Of a stretch of DNA of 64,000 bases, positions 1 to 15,400 are shown piece after piece. Origin of the DNA: Isurus oxyrinchus (Eukaryota). The stretch covers positions 89,404,001 through 89,468,000 of the forward strand of contig JANJGN010000010.1 of assembly GCA_026770705.1 (NCBI GenBank). The letters are read 5' to 3'. The position numbers and the translations under genes are program-made. The notes beneath the pieces were generated by a model. That model saw nothing but the letters and a program-made list of their open reading frames with translations. It searched no databases and was not told the origin of the DNA. Numbering within the stretch: the stretch's first letter is position 1; each line of letters starts with the position of its first letter.

Positions 1-242
1 GTCAAATCACATTTTGAATGGGACAGATGACAGATTTCAATACAAATAATCCTGGGAACAGATGCCTAATTATTCAGAAGAACATCCACTTTGTGTCCAA
101 GAATGTGAAGGAGAGGTCTGGAACTTCACATCAACAAACTGTCTCAATTATTGCATAATATCATGCTTGATAATAGATATGATTGACAGTATCCTCTTGT
201 GGCAAATGTTTGTGTCAGATATTTAATAACTGATACACTTAC

Positions 243-455
243 CGGGTGATAATATTTGTCCATTGGCTGTACAGGAGCATGTTGTTGTTTCTGTAGTAGT
301 GGGAGTCACTGTTACTGTTGTTGTAGATTCGAGTGATGTGGTGGGCGTTGTGGTGGTTTCACATTTTCCCGTGAAGTTCAAAATTTCACAACTCTTAATA
401 CATAGAGTGAAATTACAGAGGCCGGATTTACCTGCAGAACTCACTATAGCCTGCC
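243..455 (-). CDS. Mucin repeat exon r1 (213 nt; numbered by window position)
   Basis: tcttccag|GG...CCCG|gtaagt; GQAIVSSAGKSGLCNFTLCIKSCEILNFTGKCETTTTPTTSLESTTTVTVTPTTTETTTCSCTANGQILSP. Confidence 0.9.
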
Positions 456-3400
456 CTGGAAGACAAATGTCAGGAGAAGGTTTCAGTCATCTCATACCAT
501 TCTTCACTCAGATAACATGTTTACCTCTAGAAAAATGTATAGAACTGACCAGTCTGGCGTTAAGACAATTAAATGCTAAGTATAAGGCTAAATTTTTACA
601 ATGAAAGAAGATTCCAAAGTTAAACCATCAACATCAGCAGCTAAATATTTCCTCAGCTCTGATCGCACGTATAAACCTCCTCGTTTGGAAAGTTAAATTT
701 TTCTGCTGCTGTTGTGTTTGGTTTACAAAATGGGACAGAACAATGTTGAAACAGGTTAACTGGGTTTGTAAAAGAGCAAATTGGATGCTGTAGAACGAGT
801 CTACTGGTTGAAAATACTAAATTGAGCAAATCAGAAATTTGGGGACAGTGTTAAACTTTTTCCATCCGTACAACCAATATAATGTCTCTGCCTGAACGAA
901 CAATCATACGGACATATTCAGTGCAGCACAAAACTCTGATAACTGACTGACTAAATGAAGCAGTCAAAAGTGCTGAGCATTAGAAAGTTGCCCAATTTGT
1001 ACGGACTTTCCAAACAGGCGAGACTTTTGCTGCAAATGCAGAATGAGAGTACGAACATTAAAGCTTGGACCTCGCTCGGTGATTCTCCATTGACACAATG
1101 TTGCATTCCTCATTTCAGTGGGACACAGGGCAACAAGTAGAGCACAGCAACCTGTGCGGAAACATTTAGTATCTTTAACCATTGTTGTGTGAATGTGAGT
1201 GTGTAATCTGGAATCATTATTTCAGATGTGCAGAGCATGAAGATATCCCTTTCTCCAAGGCAGGCGTCTCTCGGTTGAAAACTTATGGAGATGTCAAATC
1301 ACATTTTGAATACGACAGATGACAGATTTCAATACAAATAATCCTGGGAACAGATGCCTAATTATTCAGAAGAACATCCACTTTGTGTCCAAGAATATGA
1401 AGGAGAGGTCTGGAACTTCACATCAACAAACTGTGTCAATTATTGCATACACTCATGCTGGTTATTAGACATGATTGGCAGTAGTGTCTTGTGGCAAACG
1501 ATTGTGCCAGATATTCAATAACTTATACACTTACCGGGTGATAATATTTGTCCACTGGCTGTACAGGAGCATGTTGTTGTTTCTGTAGTAGTGGGAGTCA
1601 CTGTTACTGTTGTTGTAGATTCTAGTGTAGTGCTGGGCGCTGTGGTGGTTTCACATTTTCCCGTGTACTTCAAAATTTCACAACTCTTAGTACATAGAGT
1701 GAAATTACAGAGCCCAGATTTACCTGCAGAACTGACTATAGCCTGGCCTGGAAGACAAAAGTCAGGAAAAGGTTTCAGGCATCCCCTTCCATTGATCCTT
1801 CTAATATTACGCTTACCAACAAAAATCAATATATAGCTGACAGAGCCTCATATTTTGACATTTAAGAGCTAACACCAACGCTGAAAGTTTAGAATAAAAG
1901 AAGATTCCACCTCTAGGTGAAATTCATGGGTCTGGAAAATATGACGGCCAATATTAGAAGCTAAATACTTCATGCACCCCGATTACAGGTCTAACTCTCC
2001 TCATTCCAGAATGTTAAATGATATTGCAATTGTTTGTGTTTGGTTTAAAAATGTGGACTGAACAATGTTGATACATGTTAAATGGGTTTCTAAAGAGCGA
2101 ATTGGGGGCTGCAGAGAGCTTCTGTTTGAGCAAAACACAAAAGTGAGCGAAACAGAGAAATTTGGGGACAGTGTGAAAATTATGCCATTCGTTCAACGAA
2201 TATAATATCTCTGACTGAACGAACAATCATATGGACATATTCAGTGCAGAACAATACACTGATAACTGATTGACATAAGGAAGCAGTCAAAAGTGCTGAT
2301 CATTAGAAAGTTGCCCAACTTGTATGGACTTTCCAAACAGGCGAGACTTTTTTCTGGAAATGCAGAATGAGAGTAAGAACATTAAAGCTTGGACCTCACT
2401 CGATGTCTCTCCATTGACACCATGTTGTTTTCCTCAAGTCCAGGGGGACATAGAGCAACAAGTAGAGCACAGCAACTTGTGTGGACATTTAGTATCTTTA
2501 ATCTTTGGTGTGTGAATGTGAATTTGAAATCTGGAATCATTATTTCAGATGTGCAGAGCATGAAGATGTTCACTTCTCCAAGGGCTGATTCTCTCGGTTG
2601 AAAAATAATGGAGACGTCAAATCACATTTTGAATGGGACAGATGACAGATTTCAATACAAATAATCCTGGGAACAGATGCCTAATTATTCAGAAGAACAT
2701 CCACTTTGTGTCCAAGAATGTGAAGGAGAGGTCTGGAACTTCACATCAACAAACTGTCTCAATTATTGCATAATATCATGCTTGATAATAGATATGATTG
2801 ACAGTATCCTCTTGTGGCAAATGTTTGTGTCAGATATTTAATAACTGATACACTTACCGGGTGATAATATTTGTCCACTGGCTGTACAGGAGCATGTTGT
2901 TGTTTCTGTAGTAGTGGGAGTCACTGTTACTGTTGTTGTAGATTCGAGTGATGTGGTGGGCGTTGTGGTGGTTTCACATTTTCCCGTGAAGTTCAAAATT
3001 TCACAACTCTTAATACATAGAGTGAAATTACAGAGGCCGGATTTACCTGCAGAACTCACTATAGCCTGCCCTGGAAGACAAATGTCAGGAGAAGGTTTCA
3101 GTCATCTCATACCATTCTTCACTCAGATAACATGTTTACCTCTAGAAAAATGTATAGAACTGACCAGTCTGGCGTTAAGACAATTAAATGCTAAGTATAA
3201 GGCTAAATTTTTACAATGAAAGAAGATTCCAAAGTTAAACCATCAACATCAGCAGCTAAATATTTCCTCAGCTCTGATCGCACGTATAAACCTCCTCGTT
3301 TGGAAAGTTAAATTTTTCTGCTGCTGTTGTGTTTGGTTTACAAAATGGGACAGAACAATGTTGAAACAGGTTAACTGGGTTTGTAAAAGAGCAAATTGGA

Positions 3401-6400
3401 TGCTGTAGAACGAGTCTACTGGTTGAAAATACTAAATTGAGCAAATCAGAAATTTGGGGACAGTGTTAAACTTTTTCCATCCGTACAACCAATATAATGT
3501 CTCTGCCTGAACGAACAATCATACGGACATATTCAGTGCAGCACAAAACTCTGATAACTGACTGACTAAATGAAGCAGTCAAAAGTGCTGAGCATTAGAA
3601 AGTTGCCCAATTTGTACGGACTTTCCAAACAGGCGAGACTTTTGCTGCAAATGCAGAATGAGAGTACGAACATTAAAGCTTGGACCTCGCTCGGTGATTC
3701 TCCATTGACACAATGTTGCATTCCTCATTTCAGTGGGACACAGGGCAACAAGTAGAGCACAGCAACCTGTGCGGAAACATTTAGTATCTTTAACCATTGT
3801 TGTGTGAATGTGAGTGTGTAATCTGGAATCATTATTTCAGATGTGCAGAGCATGAAGATATCCCTTTCTCCAAGGCAGGCGTCTCTCGGTTGAAAACTTA
3901 TGGAGATGTCAAATCACATTTTGAATACGACAGATGACAGATTTCAATACAAATAATCCTGGGAACAGATGCCTAATTATTCAGAAGAACATCCACTTTG
4001 TGTCCAAGAATATGAAGGAGAGGTCTGGAACTTCACATCAACAAACTGTGTCAATTATTGCATACACTCATGCTGGTTATTAGACATGATTGGCAGTAGT
4101 GTCTTGTGGCAAACGATTGTGCCAGATATTCAATAACTTATACACTTACCGGGTGATAATATTTGTCCACTGGCTGTACAGGAGCATGTTGTTGTTTCTG
4201 TAGTAGTGGGAGTCACTGTTACTGTTGTTGTAGATTCTAGTGTAGTGCTGGGCGCTGTGGTGGTTTCACATTTTCCCGTGTACTTCAAAATTTCACAACT
4301 CTTAGTACATAGAGTGAAATTACAGAGCCCAGATTTACCTGCAGAACTGACTATAGCCTGGCCTGGAAGACAAAAGTCAGGAAATGGTTTCAGGCATCCC
4401 CTTCCATTGATCCTTCTAATATTACGCTTACCAACAAAAATCAATATATAGCTGACAGAGCCTCATATTTTGACATTTAAGAGCTAACACCAACGCTGAA
4501 AGTTTAGAATAAAAGAAGATTCCACCTCTAGGTGAAATTCATGGGTCTGGAAAATATGACGGCCAATATTAGAAGCTAAATACTTCATGCACCCCGATTA
4601 CAGGTCTAACTCTCCTCATTCCAGAATGTTAAATGATATTGCAATTGTTTGTGTTTGGTTTAAAAATGTGGACTGAACAATGTTGATACATGTTAAATGG
4701 GTTTCTAAAGAGCGAATTGGGGGCTGCAGAGAGCTTCTGTTTGAGCAAAACACAAAAGTGAGCGAAACAGAGAAATTTGGGGACAGTGTGAAAATTATGC
4801 CATTCGTTCAACGAATATAATATCTCTGACTGAACGAACAATCATATGGACATATTCAGTGCAGAACAATACACTGATAACTGATTGACATAAGGAAGCA
4901 GTCAAAAGTGCTGATCATTAGAAAGTTGCCCAACTTGTATGGACTTTCCAAACAGGCGAGACTTTTTTCTGGAAATGCAGAATGAGAGTAAGAACATTAA
5001 AGCTTGGACCTCACTCGATGTCTCTCCATTGACACCATGTTGTTTTCCTCAAGTCCAGGGGGACATAGAGCAACAAGTAGAGCACAGCAACTTGTGTGGA
5101 CATTTAGTATCTTTAATCTTTGGTGTGTGAATGTGAATTTGAAATCTGGAATCATTATTTCAGATGTGCAGAGCATGAAGATGTTCACTTCTCCAAGGGC
5201 TGATTCTCTCGGTTGAAAAATAATGGAGACGTCAAATCACATTTTGAATGGGACAGATGACAGATTTCAATACAAATAATCCTGGGAACAGATGCCTAAT
5301 TATTCAGAAGAACATCCACTTTGTGTCCAAGAATGTGAAGGAGAGGTCTGGAACTTCACATCAACAAACTGTCTCAATTATTGCATAATATCATGCTTGA
5401 TAATAGATATGATTGACAGTATCCTCTTGTGGCAAATGTTTGTGTCAGATATTTAATAACTGATACACTTACCGGGTGATAATATTTGTCCATTGGCTGT
5501 ACAGGAGCATGTTGTTGTTTCTGTAGTAGTGGGAGTCACTGTTACTGTTGTTGTAGATTCGAGTGATGTGGTGGGCGTTGTGGTGGTTTCACATTTTCCC
5601 GTGAAGTTCAAAATTTCACAACTCTTAATACATAGAGTGAAATTACAGAGGCCGGATTTACCTGCAGAACTCACTATAGCCTGCCCTGGAAGACAAATGT
5701 CAGGAGAAGGTTTCAGTCATCTCATACCATTCTTCACTCAGATAACATGTTTACCTCTAGAAAAATGTATAGAACTGACCAGTCTGGCGTTAAGACAATT
5801 AAATGCTAAGTATAAGGCTAAATTTTTACAATGAAAGAAGATTCCAAAGTTAAACCATCAACATCAGCAGCTAAATATTTCCTCAGCTCTGATCGCACGT
5901 ATAAACCTCCTCGTTTGGAAAGTTAAATTTTTCTGCTGCTGTTGTGTTTGGTTTACAAAATGGGACAGAACAATGTTGAAACAGGTTAACTGGGTTTGTA
6001 AAAGAGCAAATTGGATGCTGTAGAACGAGTCTACTGGTTGAAAATACTAAATTGAGCAAATCAGAAATTTGGGGACAGTGTTAAACTTTTTCCATCCGTA
6101 CAACCAATATAATGTCTCTGCCTGAACGAACAATCATACGGACATATTCAGTGCAGCACAAAACTCTGATAACTGACTGACTAAATGAAGCAGTCAAAAG
6201 TGCTGAGCATTAGAAAGTTGCCCAATTTGTACGGACTTTCCAAACAGGCGAGACTTTTGCTGCAAATGCAGAATGAGAGTACGAACATTAAAGCTTGGAC
6301 CTCGCTCGGTGATTCTCCATTGACACAATGTTGCATTCCTCATTTCAGTGGGACACAGGGCAACAAGTAGAGCACAGCAACCTGTGCGGAAACATTTAGT

Positions 6401-9400
6401 ATCTTTAACCATTGTTGTGTGAATGTGAGTGTGTAATCTGGAATCATTATTTCAGATGTGCAGAGCATGAAGATATCCCTTTCTCCAAGGCAGGCGTCTC
6501 TCGGTTGAAAACTTATGGAGATGTCAAATCACATTTTGAATACGACAGATGACAGATTTCAATACAAATAATCCTGGGAACAGATGCCTAATTATTCAGA
6601 AGAACATCCACTTTGTGTCCAAGAATATGAAGGAGAGGTCTGGAACTTCACATCAACAAACTGTGTCAATTATTGCATACACTCATGCTGGTTATTAGAC
6701 ATGATTGGCAGTAGTGTCTTGTGGCAAACGATTGTGCCAGATATTCAATAACTTATACACTTACCGGGTGATAATATTTGTCCACTGGCTGTACAGGAGC
6801 ATGTTGTTGTTTCTGTAGTAGTGGGAGTCACTGTTACTGTTGTTGTAGATTCTAGTGTAGTGCTGGGCGCTGTGGTGGTTTCACATTTTCCCGTGTACTT
6901 CAAAATTTCACAACTCTTAGTACATAGAGTGAAATTACAGAGCCCAGATTTACCTGCAGAACTGACTATAGCCTGGCCTGGAAGACAAAAGTCAGGAAAA
7001 GGTTTCAGGCATCCCCTTCCATTGATCCTTCTAATATTACGCTTACCAACAAAAATCAATATATAGCTGACAGAGCCTCATATTTTGACATTTAAGAGCT
7101 AACACCAACGCTGAAAGTTTAGAATAAAAGAAGATTCCACCTCTAGGTGAAATTCATGGGTCTGGAAAATATGACGGCCAATATTAGAAGCTAAGTACTT
7201 CATGCACCCCGATTACAGGTCTAACTCTCCTCATTCCAGAATGTTAAATGATATTGCAATTGTTTGTGTTTGGTTTAAAAATGTGGACTGAACAATGTTG
7301 ATACATGTTAAATGGGTTTCTAAAGAGCGAATTGGGGGCTGCAGAGAGCTTCTGTTTGAGCAAAACACAAAAGTGAGCGAAACAGAGAAATTTGGGGACA
7401 GTGTGAAAATTATGCCATTCGTTCAACCAATATAATATCTCTGCCTGAACGAACAATCATTTGGACATATTCAGTGCAGAACAATACACTGATAACTGAT
7501 TGACTAAATGAAGCAGTCAAAAGTGCTGATCATTAGAAAGTTGCCCAATTTGTACGGACTTTCCAAACAGGCGAGACTTTTTTCTGGAAATGCAGAATGA
7601 GAGTAAGAACATTAAAGCTTGGACCTCACTCGGTGTCTCTCCATTGACACCATGTTGTTTTCCTCAAGTCCAGGGGGACACAGAGCAACAAGTAGAGCAC
7701 AGCAACTTGTGTGGACATTTAGTATCTTTAATCTTTGGTGTGTGAATGTGATTTTGAAATCTGGAATCATTATTTCAGATGTGCAAAGCAGGAAGACGTC
7801 CACTTCTCCAAGGGCTGATTCTCTCGGTTGAAAAATAATGGAGACGTCAAATCACATTTTGAATGGGACAGATGACAAATTTCAATACAAATAATCCTGG
7901 GAACAGATGCCTAATTATTCAGAAGAACATCCACTTTGTGTCCAAGAATGTGAAGGAGAGGTCTGGAACTTCACATCAACAAACTGTCTCAATTATTGCA
8001 TACACTCATGCTGGTTATTAGACATGATTGGCAGTAGTGTCTTGTGGCAAACGATTGTGCCAGATATTCAATAACTTATACACTTACCGGGTGATAATAT
8101 TTGTCCACTGGCTGTACAGGAGCATGTTGTTGTTTCTGTAGTAGTGGGAGTCACTGTTACTGTTGTTGTAGATTCTAGTGTAGTGCTGGGCGCTGTGGTG
8201 GTTTCACATTTTCCCGTGTACTTCAAAATTTCACAACTCTTAGTACATAGAGTGAAATTACAGAGGCCAGATTCACCTGCAGAACTGACTATAGCCTGGC
8301 CTGGAAGACAAAAGTCAGGAAAAGGTTTCAGCCATCTCCTTCCATTCATCACTCTGAGATTACTCTTACCAACAAAATTAAACATATAGCTGACAGAGCC
8401 TCATATTTTGACATTTAAGAGCTGAGACCAACGCTGAATGTTTAGGACGAAAGAAGATTCCACCTCAAGGTTATAGGCATGGACGTGGAAAATATGACGG
8501 CCAATATTAGAAGCTAAATATTTCATGAGCTCCAATTGCAGGTCTAACAATCCTCTTTCCAGAATGTTAAATGATATTGCAATTGTTTGTGTTTGGTTTA
8601 CAAATGTGGACTGAACAATGTTGATACACCTTAAATGGGTTTCTAAAGAGTAAATTGGGGGCTGTAGAAAGAGTCCGTTTGAGCAAAACACAAAAGTGAG
8701 CAAAACAGAGGAATTTGGGGACAGTGCGAAACTTGTGCCAACCGTACAACTGATATTATGTCTCTGCCTGAATGAACAATCATTTGGACATATTCAGTGC
8801 AGCACAAAACACTGATAACTGATTGACTTAAGGAAGCAATCAATAGCGCTGAGCGTTAGAAAATTGCCCAATTTGTGCAAACATTCCGAACAGCCGAGAC
8901 ATTTGCTGGAAATGCCGAATGAGAGTGCGACCATTACTGATTGGACCTCACTTGGCGTCTCTCCTTTGACACAATGTTGATTTTCAAAATCCAGTGGGAC
9001 ACAGGGCAACAAGTAGAGCACAGCAACCTGTGTTGGAAACATTTAGTATCTTTAACCTTTGGTGTGTGAATGTGAATGTGAAATCTGGAATCATTGGTTC
9101 AGATGTGCAGAGCATGAAGATGTCCATTTCTCCAAGGGCTGATTCTCTCGGTTGAATATTTATGGAGACGTCAAATCACATTTTGAATGAGACGGATGAC
9201 AAATTTCAATACAAATAATCCTGGGAACGGATGCCTAATTATTCACTAGAACATCGACTTTGTATCCAACAACATGAAGCAGAGGTCTGGATCTTCACAT
9301 CAACAAACTGTGTCAATTATTGCATACAATCATGCTGGATATTAGACATGATTGACTGTATTCTCTTGTGGCAAATGATTCTGTCAGATATTTAATAATT

Positions 9401-12400
9401 GATACACTTACCGGGTGATAATATTTGTCCATTGGCTGTACAGGAGCATGTTGTTGTTTCTGTAGTAGTGGGAGTCACTGTTACTGTTGTTGTAGATTCT
9501 AGTGTAGTGCTGGGCGCTGTGGTGGTTTCACATTTTCCCGTGTACTTCAAAATTTCACAACTCTTAGTACATAGAGTGAAATTACAGAGGCCGGATTTAC
9601 CTGCAGAACTTACTATAGCCTGGCCTGGAAGACAAAAGTCAGGAAATGGTTTCAGGCATCTCCTTCCATTCATCACTCTGATATTACGTTTACCAACAAA
9701 AATCACTACATAGCTGACAGAGCCTCATATTTTGAAATTTAAGAGCTAATACCTTGGCTGAAAGTTTAGAACGAAAGAAGATTCCACCTCAAGGTGAAAG
9801 TCATGGATGTGGAAAATATAACGGCCAATATTAGAAGCTAAGTATTTCATGCGCCCCAATTACAGGTCTCACTCTCCTCATTCCAGAATGTTAAATGATA
9901 TTGCAATTGTTTGTGGTGTGTTTAAAAATGTGGACTGAACAATGTTGTTACATGTTAAATGGGTTTCTAAAGAGCGAATTGGGGGCTGCAGAGAACTTCT
10001 GTTTGAGCAAAACACAAAAGTGAGCAAAACTTAGAAATTTGGGGACAGTGTGAAAATTATGCCATTCGTTCAACCAATATAATATCTCTGCCTGAACGAA
10101 CAATCATATGGACATATTCAGTGCAGAACAATACACTGATAACTGATTGACTAAATGAAGCAGTCAAAAGTGCTGATCATTAGAAAGTTGCCCAATTTGT
10201 ACGGACTTTCCAAACAGGCGAGACTTTTTTCTGGAAATGCAGAATGAGAGTAAGAACATTAAAGCTTGGACCTCACTCGGTGTCTCTCCATTGACACCAT
10301 GTTGTTTTCCTCAAGTCCAGGGGGACATAGAGCAACAAGTAGAGCACAGCAACTTGTGTGGACATTTAGTATCTTTAATCTTTGGTGTGTGAATGTGAAT
10401 TTGAAATCTGGAATCATTATTTCAGATGTGCAAAGCATGAAGATGTCCACTTCTCCAAGGGCTGATTCTCTCGGTTGAAAAATAATGGAGACGTCAAATC
10501 ACATTTTGAATGGGACAGATGACAAATTTCAATACAAGTAATCCTGGGAACAGATGCCTAATTATTCAGAAGAACATCCACTTTGTGTCCAAGAATGTGA
10601 AGGAGAGGTCTGGAACTTCACATCAACAAACTGTCTCAATTATTGCATACACTCATGCTTGATAATAGATATGATTGACAGTATCCTCTTGTGGCAAATA
10701 TTTGTGTCAGATATTTAATAACTGATACACTTACCGGGTGATAATATTTGTCCATTGGCTGTACAGGAGCATGTTGTTGTTTCTGTAGCAGTGGGAGTCA
10801 CTGTAACTGTTGTTGTAGATTCTAGTGTAGTGCTGGGCGCTGTGGTGGTTTGACATTTTCCCGTGTACTTCAAAATTTCACAACTCTTAGTACATAGAGT
10901 GAAATTACAGAGGCCGGATTTACCTGCAGAACTTACTATAGCCTGCCCTGGAAGAGAAATATCAGGAGAAGGTTTCAGTCATCTCATACCATTCTTCACT
11001 CAGATAACATGTTTACCTCTAGAAAAATGTATAGAGCTGACCAGTCTGGCATTAAGACAATTAAATACTAAGAACAAGGCTAGATTTTTACAATGAAGGA
11101 AGATTCCAAAGTTAAACTATCAACATGAGCAGAAAAATATTTCCTCAGCTCCGATCGCACGCATAAACCTCCTCGTTTGGAAAGTTAAATTTTTCTGCTG
11201 CTGTTGTGTTTGGTTTACAAAATGGGACAGAACAATGTTGAAACAGGTTAACTGGGTTTGTAAAGAGCAAATTGGATGCTGTAGAACGAGTCTACTGGTT
11301 GAAAATACTAAATTGAGCAAATCAGAAATTTGGGGACAGTGTTAAACTTTTTCCATCCGTACATCCAATATAATGTCTCTGCCTGAACGAACAATCATAC
11401 GGACATATTCAGTGCAGCACAAAACTCTGATAACTGACTGACTAAATGAAGCAGTCAAAAGTGCTGAGCATTAGAAAGTTGCCCAATTTGTACGGACTTT
11501 CCAAACAGGCGAGACTTTTGCTGCAAATGCAGAATGAGAGTACGAACATTTAAGCTTGGACCTCGCTCGGTGATTCTCCATTGACACAATGTTGCTTTCC
11601 TCATTTCAGTGGGACACAGGGCAACAAGTAGAGCACAGCAACCTGTGCGGAAACATTTAGTATCTTTAACCATTGTTGTGTGAATGTGAGTGTGTAATCT
11701 GGAATCATTATTTCAGATGTGCAGAGCATGAAGATATCCATTTCTCCAAGGCAGGCGTCTCTCGGTTGAAAACTTATGGAGATGTCAAATCACATTTTGA
11801 ATACGACAGATGACAGATTTCAATACAAATAATCCTGGGAACAGATGCCTAATTATTCAGAAGAACATCCACTTTGTGTCCAAGAATATGAAGGAGAGGT
11901 CTGGAACTTCACATCAACAAACTGTGTCAATTATTGCATACACTCATGCTGAATATTAGACATGAATGGCAGTAGTGTCTTGTGGCAAACGATTGTGCCA
12001 GATATTCAATAACTTATACACTTACCGGGTGATAATATTTGTCCACTGGCTGTACAGGAGCATGTTGTTGTTTCTGTAGTAGTGGGAGTCACTGTTACTG
12101 TTGTTGTAGATTCTAGTGTAGTGCTGGGCGCTGTGGTGGTTTCACATTTTCCCGTGTACTTCAAAATTTCACAACTCTTAGTACATAGAGTGAAATTACA
12201 GAGCCCAGATTTACCTGCAGAACTGACTATAGCCTGGCCTGGAAGACAAAAGTCAGGAAAAGGTTTCAGGCATCCCCTTCCATTGATCCTTCTAATATTA
12301 CGCTTACCAACAAAAATCAATATATAGCTGACAGAGCCTCATATTTTGACATTTAAGAGCAAACACCAAAGCTGAAAGTTTAGAATAAAAGAAGATTCCA

Positions 12401-15400
12401 CCTCTAGGTGAAAATCATGGATGTGGAAAATATGACGGCCAATATTAGAAGCTAAGTACTTCATGCACCCCGATTACAGGTCTAACTCTCCTCATTCCAG
12501 AATGTTAAATGATATTGCAATTGTTTGTGTTTGGTTTAAAAATGTGGACTGAACAATGTTGATACATGTTAAATGGGTTTCTAAAGAGCGAATTGGGGGC
12601 TGCAGAGAGCTTCTGTTTGAGCCAAACACAAAAGTGAGCAAAACTTAGAAATTTGGGGACAGTGTGAAAATTATGCCATTCGTTCAACCAATATAATATC
12701 TCTGCCTGAACAAACAATCATATGGACATATTCAGTGCAGAACAATACACTGATAACTGATTGACTAAATGAAGCAGTCAAAAGTGCTGATCATTAGAAA
12801 GTTGCCCAATTTGTACGGACTTTCCAAACAGGCGAGACTTTTTTTTGGAAATGCAGAATGAGAGTAAGAACATTAAAGCTTGGACCTCACTCGGTGTCTC
12901 TCCATTGACACCATGTTGTTTTCCTCAAGTCCAGGGAGACATAGAGCAACAAGTAGAGCACAGCAACCTGTGTGAACATTTAGTATCTTTAATCTTTGGT
13001 GTGTGAATGTGAATTTGAAATCTGGAATCATTATTTCAGATGTGCAAAGCATGAAGATGTCCACTTCTCCAAGGGCTGATTCTCTTGGTTGAAAACTTAT
13101 GGAGATGTCAAATCACATTTTGAATAGGACAGATGACAGATTTCAATACAAATAATCCTGGGAACAGATGCCTAATTATTCAGAAGAACATTCACTTTGT
13201 GTCCAAGAATATGAAGGAGAGGTCTGGAACTTCACTTGAACAAACTGTCTCAATTATTGCATACACTCACGCTGGATATTAGACATGATTGGCAGTAGTG
13301 TCTTGTGGCAAACGATTGTGCCAGATATTCAATAACTTATACACTTACCGGGTGATAATATTTGTCCATTGGCTGTACAGGAGCATGTTGTTGTTTCTGT
13401 AGTAGCGGGAGTCACTGTTACTGTTGTTGTAGATTCTAGTGTAGTGCTGGGCGCTGTGGTGGTTTCACATTTTCCCGTGTACTTCAAAATTTCACAACTC
13501 TTAGTACATAGAGTGAAATTACAGAGCCCAGATTTACCTGCAGAACTGACTATAGCCTGGCCTGGAAGACAAAAGTCAGGAAAAGGTTTCAGGCATCCCC
13601 TTCCATTCATCCTTCTAATGTTACGTTTACCAACAAAAATCACTACATAGCTGACAGAGCCTCATATTTTGACATTTAAGAGCTAAGACCAACGCTGAAA
13701 GTTTAGAACGAAAGAAAATTCCACCTCAAGGTGAAAGTCATGGATGTGGAAAAGATAACGGCCAATATTAGAAGCTAAGTATTTCATGCGCCCCAATTAC
13801 AGGTGTAACTCTCCTCATTCCAGAATGTTAAATGATATTGCAATTGTTTGTGGTGTGTTTAAAAATGTGGACTGAACAATGTTGATACATGTTAAATGGG
13901 TTTCTAAAGAGCGAATTGTGGGCTGCAGAGAGCTTCTGTTTGAGCAAAACACAAAAGTGAGCAAAACTTATAAATTTGGGGACAGTGTAAAAATTATGCC
14001 ATTCGTTCAACCAATATAATATCTCTGCCTGAACGAACAATCATATGGACATATTCAGTGCAGAACAATACACTGATAACTGATTGACTAAATGAAGCAG
14101 TCAAAAGTGCTGATCATTAGAAAGTTGCCCAATTTGTACGGACTTTCCAAACAGGCGAGACTTTTTTCTGGAAATGCAGAATGAGAGTAAGAACATTAAA
14201 GCTTGGACCTCACTCGGTGTCTCTCCATTGACACCATGTTGTTTTCCTCAAGTCCAGGGGGACATAGAGCAACAAGTAGAGCACAGCAACTTGTGTGGAC
14301 ATTTAGTATCTTTAATCTTTGGTGTGTGAATGTGAATTTGAAATCTGGAATCATTATTTCAGATGTGCAAAGCATGAAGATGTCCACTTCTCCAAGGGCT
14401 GATTCTCTCGGTTGAAAAATAATGGAGACGTCAAATCACATTTTGAATGGGACAGATGACAAATTTCAATACAAATAATCCTGGGAACAGATGCCTAATT
14501 ATTCAGAAGAACATCCACTTTGTGTCCAAGAATGTGAAGGAGAGGTCTGGAACTTCACATCAACAAACTGTCTCAATTATTGCATAATATCATGCTTGAT
14601 AATAGATATGATTGACAGTATCCTCTTGTGGCAAATGTTTGTGTCAGATATTTAATAACTGATACACTTACCGGGTGATAATATTTGTCCATTGGCTGTA
14701 CAGGAGCATGTTGTTGTTCCTGTAGTAGTGGGAGTCACTGTAACTGTTGTTGTAGATTCTAGTGTAGTGCTGGGCGCTGTGGTGGTTTGACATTTTCCCG
14801 TGTACTTCAAAATTTCACAACTCTTAGTACATAGAGTGAAATTACAGAGGCCGGATTTACCTGCAGAACTTACTATAGCCTGCCCTGGAAGAGAAATATC
14901 AGGAGAAGGTTTCAGTCATCTCATACCATTCTTCACTCAGATAACATGTTTACCTCTAGAAAAATGTATAGAGCTGACCAGTCTGGCATTAAGACAATTA
15001 AATGCTAAGAACAAGGCTAAATTTTTACAATGAAAGAAGATTCCAAAGTTAAACTATCAACATGAGCAGCTAAATATTTCCTCAGCTCCGATCGCACGCA
15101 TAAACCTCCTCGTTTGGAAAGTTAAATTTTTCCGCTGCTGTTGTGTTTGGTTTACAAAATGGGACAGAACAATGTTGAAACAGGTTAACTGGGTTTGTAA
15201 AGAGCAAATTGGATGCTGTAGAACGAGTCTACTGGTTGAAAATACTAAATTGAGCAAATCAGAAATTTGGGGACAGTGTTAAACTTTTTCCATCCGTACA
15301 ACCAATATAATGTCTCTGCCTGAACGAACAATCATACAGACATATTCAGTGCAGCACAAAACTCTGATAACTGACTGACTAAATGAAGCAGTCAAAAGTG

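Noticed and set aside
456-2857. Intron-hosted snoRNA or miRNA in each unit
   Set aside because: No convincing C/D or H/ACA box arrangement or long hairpin seen by eye; an Infernal/Rfam scan would be needed to exclude it formally.
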